DNA from: Octopus vulgaris
Lineage: Eukaryota
Assembly: GCA_951406725.2 (NCBI GenBank)
Contig: OX597829.1
Coordinates: 39,308,001-39,372,000, forward strand
Reading direction: 5' to 3'
DNA: 64,000 nucleotides
Below the pieces are notes generated by a model. It did not search any database and had not been told where the DNA came from. It saw only the letters and a list, made by a program, of their open reading frames with translations. Shown one piece after another: positions 24,242 through 36,487 of this stretch (positions within the stretch are counted from its first letter, which is position 1; each line of letters begins with the position of its first letter). The translations under genes and the position numbers were made by a program.

Positions 24242-24464
24242 GAGCTGGCAGAAACGTTAGCACGCTGGGCGAAATGCGTAGCCGTATTTCGTCTGCGGTA
24301 CGTTCTGAGTTCAAATTCCGCCGAGGTCGACTTTGCCTTTCATCCTTTCGGGGTCGATAAATTAAGTACCAGTTACGCACTGGGGATCGATGTAATCGAC
24401 TTAATCCCTTTGTCTGTCCTTGTTTGTCCCCTCTATGTTTAGCCCCTTGTGGGTAATAAAGAAA
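24242..24464 (+). mobile_element. SINE family A monomer
   Basis: A-box TGGCAGAAACGTTAGC, B-box GAGTTCAAATTCC, central domain and tail as at 13463-14030. Confidence 0.9.
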
Positions 24465-25587
24465 CAAAGACACACACACACACACACACAGATACGCGCG
24501 CGCTCTTAGAAATTATTGGAGAATCGTTAGCATGCCAGACTTAAATGTATCGCATTTAGGTAAAAGAATTTTTGTCTAGCCGCTATGACAATGGTATCAC
24601 CTACAAAAATAGCAGCAGCAGTAACTACAACACAACGCTTAGCAGTATTTCGTCCGTCTTTTCATTCCGAGTTCAAATTCCGCCGAGATCGACGTTGCCT
24701 TTCATCTTTTTGGGGGAATCTATAAAATATTTAAACATCAGTCAACCATCGTTCCTCCCAAAAGATTCCAGCCTTTGTTGTTGTAGTTGTCGTCGTCGTC
24801 GCCACCAAACTGTGAAGTCACGGCAACTCGGAGCTCCGTAAGTTTTAAGAGCTTAATCGATCCGCTGATTAAAAACCCGTTCAGACGTTTATTTTCTGTT
24901 AACTTTATTCTTGACACTGTCCGAATTGCAGTGATAATATTTCTGTTTAATTGCGTCCCTTTTTAGGGGGTGCAACTCAGTGTTATGAAATTTCTTGTAA
25001 GAAATTTTCCACTTTTCTAATATTTTAATAAAATTTCAAAAATTGTCAACGTGGTGAATGCCTATTTTCATCCTATTTTCTTTTGAGTCTCTTTTCATGC
25101 TTTTTAAAAAATATTTATTAATGGTATACTTACACAAGTGTTCCGCCCCACTGACTTTGTTGCCTCATAACTTTCAGAAAAGTGAGTATTTCTTACTGAA
25201 ATTTTCTACAAATACCTTTCAGATGGTGTAAATTACGATTATTTAATGCAAAATGAAAAAAGAAAAAGAAAAAAGAAAGAAAAGATGGTATATTCTCATA
25301 GATACATACCAACACACATCACGTAATTTCTCAAAAATTTCATGTTACATTTGTAGACATATGTTGGATGTATGTCAGTATGTATGTGCGCGAGGCCGCC
25401 AATTTTTGTTTTTCCGGAATTTTTCAAAATTTAAAAATTTGGAACGCGACACAACAATAATATAATCGACAGTGGAGAGCGTCCTGTGAGCCCGGTTTCA
25501 AGTGCCAAGGTAGCCATGACAATGGAACACGATGTCCAAAGGCAGGCAAGTTGGGGGCTTGTATCGCATTTAAGTACTAGAATTTTT

Positions 25588-26384
25588 GGATCTTTTCGGT
25601 TTGAACAGCAGTTTTTTTTTCTAGCGGTGTCATATGAAATTGTCACCCATAATTACGACCCTAGTATCGATCTATTGCATTCCAATCCGTTTTAGGGTTA
25701 GGGTTAGGGGTGAGGGGAAGGGAATCTTTTTTCTTTGCAAATGTAAATACACCCAATCTATTTCTTAAACGAAGGACATATTTATACGGCACAGAATGTT
25801 TTTTTTTTACCTCAATAGACGTCAGTGATTGGTTGAAATTGCAGAAATTGAAGAAAAAAAACCAATAAATATCTTACAAACTATAGAATTTTCTCAATAA
25901 AGCCAAGAGAAAAAGATGTTTTATAAACACATTCAACCAGTATACGAAGTTTAAAAATTTTTTAGTTACCTAAAAATTATGTTAAAAACTGCCGTTCAAA
26001 CCGAAAAGATCCTCTGCTTCTTAACACTATCGGTATGTTTTGCCGAATCGCTAAGTTTTTGGGTTAAGGTTAGTTAGGGTTAGGGGTGGGGGAAGGGTAT
26101 CTTATTTTCTTCAGAAATGTAAATAAACCCAATCTGTTTCTTAAACGAGGGACATATTCATACGGCACAGAATGTTTTCACCTCAATGGACATCATTGAT
26201 TGGTTGAAATTGCAGAAATTGAAGAAAAAAACAACAAATATGTTACAAACTATAGAATTTTCTCAATAAAGCCAAGAGAAAAAAAAGATGTTTTATAAAC
26301 ACATTCTACCAGGATACGAAGTTTAAAAGTGTTTAGTTACGTGGAAATTATTTTTAAAAACTGCCGGTCAAACCGAAAAGATCC
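25588..26384. mobile_element. Composite Merlin-like MITE (full copy + captured flank + second right half)
   Basis: Left TIR at 25588, right TIRs ending at 26012 and 26384; TSD GAATTTTT flanks only the outer ends. Confidence 0.85.
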
Positions 26385-26409
26385 GAATTTTTGTTTAGCC
26401 GCTATGACA

Positions 26410-26680
26410 AAAATAGCAGCAGCAGCAGCGACAACTACGACAGAAATGACGTAGTGTACAACAGCAGTAGCAGCAGCAGCAACGACTGCAATAACAGCAA
26501 CAACACTAACATCGTGAACGTCAACAAGAACAAAAACAATAACAGCAAGAATGAGAACGAGAGCATCAAGAATGACGTCAGCAACAAAAGCAATTACTGC
26601 CGTAATAACAACAAAAACTGTGAGCAAAACAACAACAAAAACAACAGCAACAGCAGCAGCAACAACAACAAAACGATAGC
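26410..26680. repeat. (CAA/CAG)n low-complexity tract
   Basis: Seen directly; gives N/S-rich and V/A-rich pseudo-ORFs. Confidence 0.9.
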
Positions 26681-26699
26681 AAAAGTAAAAACTCAGGCA

Positions 26700-26771
26700 A
26701 TCTTTCGTCTCTAGTAGACCTTTCCGTCGATTTACGGAAATCGACGGAAAGGTCTACTAGAGACGAAAGAT
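26700..26771. repeat. Perfect hairpin, 34-bp arms, 4-nt loop
   Basis: ATCTTTCGTCTCTAGTAGACCTTTCCGTCGATTT-ACGG-exact reverse complement. Confidence 0.95.
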
Positions 26772-27147
26772 CACCACTCATTATCTTTTTCAAGGATAGT
26801 TAGCTAATAGATCGTGCATTCGGGGCACAATTTGAAAGGTAAGGCCCTCCAGTATATAAATGGCATTGTCAACCCGGGAGTTAGGTCTCTTAGTGAGAGG
26901 AAAAAATCTCATTCCAAAAGAAAAGTCATTGTTTTAATAAATGTTATTGTCACAAGGACGGTAGTAGACTTAAATTTCTTACTCCAGCAGAAACTGAAAA
27001 ATGCCTTGAAGAATTATACCTCCAAGTTATACACACATATAAAAGGAAACACTAGGGGACTGTACCTGCTGAATGTGTCATCAAAATCAGCAAACAAGGA
27101 AATCAAAGAATGGCAACAATAATATGCACCTCTCAGACGTTTATAAT

Positions 27148-27623
27148 GGTGAGCTGGCAGAAATGTTAGCATGCCTAGCGAAATGTGTAGCCGTATTTCG
27201 TCTGTAGTTACGTTCCGAGTTCAAATTCCGCCGAGGTCGACTTTGCCTTTCATCTTTTTGGGGTTGATAAATTAAGTACCAGTTACGCACTGAGGTCGAT
27301 GTAATCGACTTAATCCCTTTGTCTGTCCTTGTTTGTCCCCTCTGTGTTTAGCCCCTTGCGGGTAGTAAAGAAATATACACACACACACATAAGGCAGCAA
27401 GCTGGCAGAAATGTTAGCACGCCGGGCGAAATGTGTAGCCGTATTTCGTCTGTAGTTACGTTCCGAGTTCAAATTCCGCCGAGGTCGACTTTGCCTTTCA
27501 TCTTTTCGGGGTCGATAAATTAAGTACCAGTTATGCACAGGGGTCGATGTAATCGACTTAATCCCTTTGTCTGTCCTTGTTTGTCCCCTCTGTGTTTAGC
27601 CCCTTGTGGGTAGTAAAGAAATA
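27148..27623 (+). mobile_element. Two adjacent full SINE-A monomers (27148-27375, 27393-27623)
   Basis: Each has its own tRNA-like head; they share diagnostic variants (TGTGTAGCCG, GTAGTTACGTTCCGAG, CATCTTTT), suggesting local duplication. Confidence 0.9.
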
Positions 27624-28074
27624 GGTTCACTGAGATCTGGTAAGAGTTTGAAACATATTGGAGCAGCATGGGTGAATGTGGAGGTGAAATCTCTCCCCTA
27701 TGAACTCAACAGGTCTGGGATTCGTAAGGAGTTCCAGAATTGGTTGCTCCAGGGGAAGTCATTCACATTCTTGATTCTTTTCTGTTTTGAGGAAAGCAAG
27801 CAAATGCCAAAATTAACCAAAGGAAGAAAACCCAAATGTTTTTGTGTGGGAGGAATTCAAACCACTTCAAAGCTTTCTGTCCTGCGGTGGAGAAAACACA
27901 ACACCCTCCATCATTAATATCAACTCTGCCAAAAGAAGCCCTTCATACAGTTAGTGAAAACACTACAACACTCACACGCACACACACACACTTCAGGACT
28001 CATGAAATCAAACACTCTGTTAGGAAATGAAGATCAGATGAAATTGCCCCATAAGGCCTTTGTTGGGGATAAGA

Positions 28075-28608
28075 TGATTGTTCCTTCTCGAGCAATGTCT
28101 GGCTCATAAGGGCCGGTTTCCCGGTTTCCTTGGCGTATAGGTTCCCCACCTGGATGGGACGCCGGTCCGTCACAGATGAGCTGCAAGATGCAGGAGGAAA
28201 GAGTGAGAGAAAGTTGTGGCGAAAGAGTCAGCAGAAGTTCGCCATTACCTTCTGCCGGAGTCGCGTGGAGCTTAGGTGTTTTGCTCATAAACACACGCAT
28301 CACCCGGTCTGAGATTCGAACCCACGATCCCTCGACCGCGAGTCCGCTGCTCTAACCACTAAGCCAATAACCTCCACTAAATAAATGTTCCTTCTCGAGC
28401 CAGTTTCAGTGGTGCAGAAATTCCCCACCTGGACGGGACGCCGGTCCGTCGCAGGATTACTCATTTTTGCCAGCTGAGTGGACTGGAGCAACGTGAAAAT
28501 TAAGTGTTTTGCTCAAAAACACAACGCATCGCTCTGTCCAGGAATCGAAACCACAACCTTACGATCATGAGTTCAACACCCTGACCACTAAGCCACGCAC
28601 CTCCGCAC
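28075..28608 (-). mobile_element. Pair of tRNA-headed SINEs (family C) enclosed by one 13-bp TSD
   Basis: Heads TGGCTTAGTGG..GGTTCGAATC (about 28310-28377) and TGGCTTAGTGG..GTTTCGATTCC (about 28540-28606); shared 3' end CTCGAGAAGGAACA; TSD GTTGGGGATAAGA at 28062-28074 and 28609-28621. Confidence 0.8.
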
Positions 28609-28621
28609 GTTGGGGATAAGA

Positions 28622-29103
28622 GGAAGAGTCAGACACAAGAAGAGGTAATGTGGTGGACAAGGCTGAGAGGAATGAAGATAAATATTTTCCTTTTCAGCCA
28701 ATCCTGCCTCAGCTTTTTCACATTCCACTTGAAAAGGAAAGTAAAGATGGAGAGGGATGTGCTACCTGCAAATATTTTCGTTGAAAGGTGAGCGAATATG
28801 GTGAGGATAGTCCATGTGAATGAGCCTAATCTGACCATGCACCTGTAGGCTGGATGGAATTAAGAGGAGAGGGGTGCATGCCTGAAGTGCTCTTGGTGAT
28901 CAGAGTGTCCAGGTCTTGTGGGCTTCCTTGATTTCCCATAGGTGGAACTCCCCACATTCAGGAAATTTCAATGTTTAATATTTTACTGTTAAATTGTAAT
29001 TGTTTTACTGTCAACACATGCTACATATAAACCCAATTATCCCTTGTTTTGTATCACCCTTTTTTTTTTGTTTTGTGTGGCCCTTGTGATCATTGAAGAA
29101 AGA
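28622..29103 (+). mobile_element. L1/Tx1-clade LINE 3' end (ORF2 C-terminus and 3' UTR)
   Basis: Manual translation EEVMWWTRLRGMK..FFTFHLKRKVKMERDVLPANIFVER* aligns with ORF 63001-63198 and Tx1-type C-termini. Confidence 0.7.
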
Positions 29104-29141
<38 letters not shown>

Positions 29142-29142
29142 C

Positions 29143-29339
29143 ATTCAGTAGTTTTATTTTTATAATGTGCTTTCACTTCACTACCGAGTGCAGCTCTGTG
29201 TGCCTTGGGTATGTGCTGTGATTTGTTGTGATGCTCTGATGGTTATTGTATGGAAAGTGTGCAGTGTCTAGTAGTGCTATTTTCTGTATGTTATATGTGT
29301 TTGTAAGTCCTGGTGTTTTTGTTATGTATTTGTCTGAAA

Positions 29340-29341
<2 letters not shown>
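29143..29341 (-). mobile_element. R4/Dong-like (RLE-type) non-LTR element 3' fragment within (TAA)n
   Basis: SDKYITKTPGLTNTYNIQKIALLDTAH resembles the conserved C-terminal QKxxLLGTAxI motif; (TTA)n tracts on both sides. Confidence 0.7.
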
Positions 29342-29373
<32 letters not shown>

Positions 29374-30031
29374 GAGTGAGAGAGCAGTGCATGCCATCAA
29401 AGTGATACTGGGGTAAAATGTATGAAGCCCAGTATACCCATCATGACTACCCGGTGTGTTTGCATCCCCATAATTTAGTAATTTGGCAAAAGAGATTAAT
29501 AAAGTAAGTACCAGTCTTGAAAAAATATTAGGGTGGATTCGTTTGACTAAAAATAATTCAAGGCATTGCCCCAGCATAGCCACAGTCTGAAGCAAGTAAA
29601 AGATACACACACACGCACACACACACACACACACACATACACACACGCACAATGACAGAGAATTTTCCAAAGTACTTGCTGAAACATTCATATTACTTTT
29701 TTTTTGCTGGTTTTCCTTTTCCTTTTTGTATGTTTAATGCTAAGCAAGGCTAGAGAAATACTTATTAAATCTGCGTTTTATGACCGGATGTCCTCCTGGT
29801 CTACGAAATTCTTCCGAGGTCAACTTTTAACTTTGGTTTCATCCTTCTGAGGTCAACAACATAAAGTGCTTGTCAAGTGTTAGGGTCGATTTAATTGAAT
29901 AACTTCTTCCTCCAACCACCGCTGCTACCACTGCCACCACAACCACCACCACCACCACCACCACCACTACCACCACCACAAATACCAGGCTTTTTGCTTA
30001 GGTTAGATGTGACTATTATTACTATTATTAA

Positions 30032-30814
30032 GGCGGCGAGCTTGCAGAGACATTAGCATGCTGGGCGAAATGCTTAGCGATATTTCGTCTGCCATTATGT
30101 TCTGAGTTCAAATTCCGGCGAGGTCGACTTTGCCTTTCATCCTTTCGGGGTTGATAAATTATGTACCAGTTATGCACTGGGGTCAATGTAATCGACTTAG
30201 TCCGTTTGTCTGTTCTTGTTTGTCCCCTCTGTGTTTAACCCTTTATTGTCCTTGTGGGCAATAAAGAAATAAGAATCGTTAACACACCAAGTAAAATGCT
30301 TAGCAGCAGGCGAAGTGCTAAGTGGAACTTCGTCTGTCTTTACGTTCTGAGTTGAAATTCCATCAAGGTTGACTTTGCCTTTCATCATTTTGGGATCGAT
30401 AAAATATGTACCAGTTGAGCACTGGGGTCGACGCAATAAACTTACCCCTGACCTTGTGTCAAAATTTGCAAACAGTAATTCTATTATTAAAAGCTGAAGC
30501 TTCTTAAATTGTTCATCTGCGATTCTAATCAAACAATTCAATTCATATATGCAAACATTTTGAATACACACACACACACCTACTTATTTCTTTATTGCCC
30601 ACAAGGGTCTAAACATAGATGGGACAAACAAGGACAGACAAAGGGATTAAGTTTATTACATCGACCCCAGTGCGTAACTGGTACTTCATTTATCGACCCC
30701 GAAAGATGAAAGGCAAAGTTGACCTCAGCGGAATTTGAACTCAGAACATAACGGCAGATGAAATACCGCTAAGTATTTCGCCCGGTGCGCTAACGTTTCT
30801 TCCAGCTCACCGCC
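30032..30814. mobile_element. SINE-A cluster: 30032-30271 (+), about 30273-30440 (+, decayed), 30584-30814 (-)
   Basis: Same A/B boxes, central domain and tail; the outer copies are inverted relative to each other. Confidence 0.85.
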
Positions 30815-30892
30815 TACATTAATATATATCCACTTAAAACAGCCTTAGATAAAAATAACAATGTATATAATATTTATATTATATATTCAAAT

Positions 30893-31230
30893 GTGAAGGC
30901 GCATGGCTCAGTGGTTAGAGCATCGAGCTTATGATCGTGAGGTTGTGAGCTTGAATCCCGGACTGGGCTGCGTGTTGTGTTCTTGAGCAAGAAACTTTAT
31001 TTCACGTTGCTCCAGTTCACTCAGCTATAGAAATGAGTTGCAACGTCACAGGTGCCAAACTGTATCGACCTTTGTCTTTCCCTTGGATAACACTGGTGGC
31101 ATGGAAAGGGGAGGCTGGTATGCATGGGCAACTGCTGGTCTTCTATAAACAACCTTGCCCGGACTTGTGTCTAGGAGGGTAACTTCCTAGGTGCAATCCC
31201 ATGGTCTGTGTTGTGACCGAAGGGGGTCTC
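30893..31230 (+). mobile_element. tRNA-derived CORE-like SINE related to family C
   Basis: TGGCTCAGTGGTTAGAGC A-box, TTGAATCCC B-box, TTCTTGAGCAAGAAACTTTATTTCACGTTGCTCCAGTTCACTCAGCT shared with 28470-28530. Confidence 0.75.
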
Positions 31231-31856
31231 AGATATATTCAAAAGGGAGACAGCACCAGCTATAATATTTTGTCTCAAAATATTGCAGCCAGTGTCTTTT
31301 CCTATTTGAATTAAACATTTACAGGGCATTTGAGCTAAATTTGACAATTTTTTTATGTTTCCTCGTTTCAAGAACAGCTTCATGTATTGGTGAACAGTTA
31401 ACAGTGTCGGAGAACCTGAAAATGAAAGTTGTAGTTGAGAAAAAGTTAGCGGGCATGGAGGACTTGAAGCCATCAGAATATTGGAAACAGTTACCTTTAT
31501 TATGATGATTCATACCTAGTATCAAAATTTACTTACTTGTACTTGTGGCAACATTCACCCTGGGTGGGTTGAGTCGGCTTCTTCTACTCATGGAAGAAGT
31601 TTCGTGGGAACATGTGGATTTCACAAGCGGTCCCCAACAATCCCGCATGTGGAGACATCCTGTTTGCCACAGATTGTCCACAGACGCAGGGACAGAATGA
31701 CCAAGGAGCCACCGGTTACCGAAGCAGACACTCTGAGGATTTTCACCAGAGCCCCGTCTGCCGGGTTGTGGCCCTAATACCACTCGGTGTCAGACCAATC
31801 CGCCTTGGGTGGCCCTACCAGGAACTAAAGTTCCTGACGGCATAGCTCTGACACTA

Positions 31857-32211
31857 CCTGGTTTAGGACTAATGTTGCTGTAATTTAGCCCCAGGAGACA
31901 TCATCTCCAGCTGGCTATACAACACGATCAATGTCCTTATATTTTCGAACAAGGGAATCTAGTACCCCCATTCAGTCCAAAACAATATCTGTGTATCATG
32001 ATTTCTGGGTTATTTCTCTTCATCAGCACTGAATAATTGTTCGGCTAGAGGTGGTACTGCCAAATTCCTGTTTGAAATATATAGTTTTCAAAGTGACAAC
32101 TAGTCACTGATCTATAAATTCGAAAATATAAGGACATTGATCGTGTTGTATAGCCAGCTGGAGATGATGTCTCCTGGGGCTAAATTACAGCAACATTAGT
32201 CCTAAACCAGG
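31857..32211 (-). mobile_element. Fold-back mini-element (93-bp perfect arms) enclosing a minimal hammerhead motif; PLE-like
   Basis: 31857-31949 is the exact reverse complement of 32119-32211; minus strand GTG-CTGATGA-N14-GAAA-TCATGA-TA-CAC at 32029-31991. Confidence 0.7.
31991..32029 (-). ncRNA. Candidate minimal type-I hammerhead ribozyme
   Basis: Intact CUGAUGA, GAAA and UH core; palindromic helix III (AUCAUGAU); stem I GUG/CAC; stem II degenerate. Confidence 0.55.
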
Positions 32212-32687
32212 ATTTCCATGTTATGTTGGCAAAAATCTTTACTTCAAAGTACTGTTGCTGAATATCTCTCGCTGTGAGATTTAAAAATAGTAATTTTCTA
32301 ACCACACTTAGGGTTTTGTTCATTGTTGGATACTATTGGAATTGTGGATTACCTAACAACAATGAACTTCCCTTCATTGATGTATGGTTGTATATATGTA
32401 TGTATGTGACAGACTCTTTTCAGTTTCCATCACTCCATAACAGAATACACTTGCCCAAGGCTGATTCAAGGCTATGGTAGAAGACACTTGCCCAAAGTGC
32501 CCAAAGTGCCATGCAGTGGGACTGAACCTGAAACCATATGATTGGGAAGCAACTAATTGTGGCTGTGCTATAATAAAGGATTAATTAGCTGCTTGTCTTG
32601 TGTCATTATTAATTTTGTGTAGCAAATTTGTGGCATGCTTCACTTTGATACGACTCAATCCTTTATGGATCTCCTGCAATAAAAGCT

Positions 32688-32724
<37 letters not shown>

Positions 32725-33587
32725 ACACCACACACACATATGCATTCATAAAAAGTAAAATTTGACTTTTGTAGTACATAATGTGAGGAAGATTTGACAG
32801 CTATTTCTTGCAGATTGACTCTCTGCATAGAGGCTCCCTTAGTGTTATAATTTAGCCCTAGTCCCCAGGATAACCCTAAACAAGCAGATATGTAGTAAAA
32901 AGCACTCCAGCCGTGACCATTCTGTCTCTTTATAATATATCAGTGACAACACTCTCTAATCTGTTATTCCTCAAGTTGAAGACGGTAGAATGTGTGATCT
33001 GAGGGAGATTTGGCTATTACTTCGTGCAGTATGAGAACGAAGCAGATGCTACTATCTTCGATTCTGACAATTAGAGTGTTTTGGCCGTGATATGTATGCA
33101 GCAGTTTTATTTATATCTTGTCTGTTAGGTAAATATAATGATCATGTATATATCGAGCGCGAACACACGCACACATGGCATTTAGAAATGCACACATTTA
33201 AATGCAGCATATACACACACACGTCATATAGAAATGCACACTAACGCATACATTAGACATAGCACACACACACACACGGCATATAGAAATGCACCCAAGC
33301 ACATGCACTAGGCATAGCACGAGCGCGCGCGCGGACACTCGTTCATTACAGCCTGATGCTATTGCTAAGTAAATAGTTGTAAGAATGGAATGTGTTTCGT
33401 TTAATGTCATTTATATATTTGCTTTGTCTAACGAGAAAACACTTGGAAATAGTGACATGAATGCTCTCCTTCCTTTTGCATTCTCTCTCTTCCTTTTTCT
33501 CTCTTCCTTTTCTATTCTCTTTCTCTCTCTCTTTCTTTCTTTCTCTCTCTCTCTATTTTTCTTTCTCTTTCTTCTCTCACTTTCTTC

Positions 33588-33632
<45 letters not shown>

Positions 33633-33946
33633 TAACTTACCATTTCTGTCTCACACTCACACACATAGGTAAACATAAACGTACAAAAACAATAAAAATT
33701 GTATTTTGTTTTGTAATTTCCCTGGAGATTCGAGATCCGTGTTGATAATAACACATAATTTAGAAAATATTGGATCTACAAAATTTTATTTTTCTTGCAA
33801 TTGGTGTTATATAAGAAGCTGTACATTTACAACGAATCACATATTGACAAAAGAATAGAAAAGTATTGTTTTTATATTTTTATGTGTCCTGTGTTTTAAG
33901 TCATAAATACATTTTAACAAAATGAGCAGCTTATATGTAGGTAGAA

Positions 33947-34360
33947 GGTGGCGAGCTGGCAGACACGTTAGCATGCCGGGCGAAATGCTTAGCGGTATTT
34001 TGTCTGTCGTTACGTTCTAAGTTCAAATTCTGCCGAGGTCGACTTTGCCGTTCATTCTTTCGGTGTCGATAAATTGAGTACCAGTTTCGCACTGGGGTCG
34101 ATGTAATCGACTTAATCCTTTTGTCTGTCCTTGTTTGACCCTCTGTGTTTAGCCCCTTGTGGGTAATAAAGAAATAGGTATTTCGTCTGCTGTTATGTTC
34201 TGGGTTAAAATTCCGCCGAGGTCGACTTTGCCTTTCATCCTTTAGGGGTCGATAAATAAAGTACCAGTTTCGCACTGGGGTCGATGTAATCGACTTAATC
34301 CTTTTGTCTGTCCTTGTTTGTCCCCTCTGTGTTTAGCCCCTTGTGGGCAATAAAGAAATA
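33947..34360 (+). mobile_element. SINE-A dimer (second unit headless)
   Basis: Junction AATAAAGAAATA|GGTATTTCGTCTG at 34176/34177. Confidence 0.9.
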
Positions 34361-34536
34361 TATATGTAGATAACCAGTAAATACCTTTTATTCCCCAACT
34401 TAAATTTGATGGAGAACAGCAATAACAACAACAAAAATGTATTTACTACGTGTGGAATTGTGGTCAGGTTTCAGTCCTTAGATGTAGCTGTTTAACTTTC
34501 TACATTTATGTTGTACAAAATAAGGAAGTCAAAACA

Positions 34537-35400
34537 TGTATGTATGTATGTATGTATGTATGTATGTATGTATGTATGTATGTATGTATGTATGTATGTA
34601 TGTATGTATGTATGTATGTGTGAATGTATGTGTGAATGTATGTATGTATGTATGTATGTATGTGGGAATGTATGTGTGTATGTATGTATATGTAAGTATG
34701 TATGTATGTATGTGTGAATGTATGTGTGTATGTATGTATATGTAAGTATGTATGTATGTGTGAATGTATGTATGAATGTATGTATGTGTGAATGTATGTG
34801 TGTATGTATGTATATGTAAGTATGTATGTATGTGTGAATGTATGTGTGTATGTAACGTATGTATGTATGTATATATATATATATATATGTGTATATGTAT
34901 GTATGTATGTAATGTATGTATGTATGTGTGAATGTATGTGTGTATGTATGTATATGTATGTATGTATGTGTGAATGTATGTATGTATATGTATGTATGAA
35001 TGTATGTATATGAATGTATGTATATGTAAGTATGCATGTATGTGTGTATGTATGTATATGTAAGTATGTATGTATGTGCGAATGTATGTGTGTATGTATG
35101 TATATGTAAGTATGTATGTATGTGTGAATGTATGTGTGTATGTATGTATATGTAAGTATGTATGTATGTGCGAATGTATGTGTGTATGTATGTATATGTA
35201 AGTATGTATGTATGTGTGAATGTATGTGTGTATGTATATGTAAGTATGTATGTATGTGTGAATGTATGTATGTATATATATGTATGTGTGTATGTATGTA
35301 ATGTATGTATGTAGGTATGTAGGTATGTATGTATGTATATATATATATGTGTATGTGTGTATGTATGTATGTATGTATGTATGTATGTATGTATGTATCT
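34537..35400. repeat. Large compound (TATG)n microsatellite with higher-order units
   Basis: Seen directly; recurring TGTGAATG and TATATGTAAG variants. Confidence 0.98.
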
Positions 35401-36011
35401 ATGATAAATCTCTCTTAAAACATTCACAGTAACGTAAGTATATAGACACAAGTAATATCAATATACACTTATAGACTAATGAATACACACAGTAATATAC
35501 TCAAATACATGCTGGCAAAGACTGTCACCAGCCTCTGGGCAGTCATTCAAGCTGCTAGAAATAGCAGTTACAACTTCTTCAAATTCCTATTTTTAAAAAA
35601 GGAATAACACATTACATTGTGTAGTTCATGATAAACAAGAATACAGGATGATTTTGATGAAATGTTTCTTACTATAGTTTAATTTGGTCATAGCTAGTCT
35701 AGTGCAAATTAGCAACAAATATGGGAGCCCCCAAGCAGTCATTTGAATTGCAAAAATAGCAGCCAAATTTTATTCAGATCAGAAAAATAGAATTACACTT
35801 AAAACAATGTAGTACATGATATAGGTGCAGGAGTGGCTGTGTGGTAAGTAGCTTGCTTGCCAACCAGGTGATCCTGGGTTCAGTCCCACTGAGTGGCACC
35901 TTGGGCAAGTGTCTTCTACAGTAGCCTTGGGCCGACAGAGTGTGTAATTCTTGGACTTGTCAGATCCTGTCAAACCATCCAATTCATGCCAGCATGGAAC
36001 AAGGCTATTAA

Positions 36012-36043
<32 letters not shown>

Positions 36044-36487
36044 AGTATATATATGGACTTTTGGAACAACACAATATATTGTTCTGTTTGAAAAGTTTAT
36101 TTCTGTCTGATGACCAGTCTGTCTGTCCATCTGTCTATTCCCCCCTCTCTCTCTCTCTACACACACATACAGTGGCCATTAAGTATGAAGCAAAAGCCAA
36201 GCCCCAGGGGGCTGGACAATCTTACACAAAGCACTACATCGAACACATGGAAAGTCCATTCAAGAAAACCATACTAACCATATCACCTCATCTGGGAGGT
36301 GTGATAAACAGAACATAACCTCTTCTGCCTAAGCATACATAATATTTGAAGGAGATGGCTGCTAACTTTGATAACATAGGAAGCAATTAGAGAAATGCAA
36401 GCCATATTCTAATGGCAACAGAAAATGCAGACTATGTTGAGGGGAAAAGAGAAATATGTAAAAACTCTCTTATGTCCAGGTTATACC

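Noticed and set aside
25692-25710. (TTAGGG)3 as a telomere or chromosome-fusion scar
   Set aside because: Internal part of a MITE present four times in the window.
26391-26714. Asn/Ser-rich 107-aa ORF
   Set aside because: (CAA/CAG)n low complexity with a non-ATG start at a MITE boundary; no splice or domain evidence.
27272-27538. Recurrent ORF ..WYLIYRPRKDERQSRPRRNLNSER.. seen many times
   Set aside because: Antisense reading of SINE-A, not a gene family.
28310-28377. tRNA-like sequences (also 28540-28606, 30895-30965, 52548-52605)
   Set aside because: A/B boxes are present but no clean cloverleaf; most run straight into SINE bodies, so they are treated as SINE heads.
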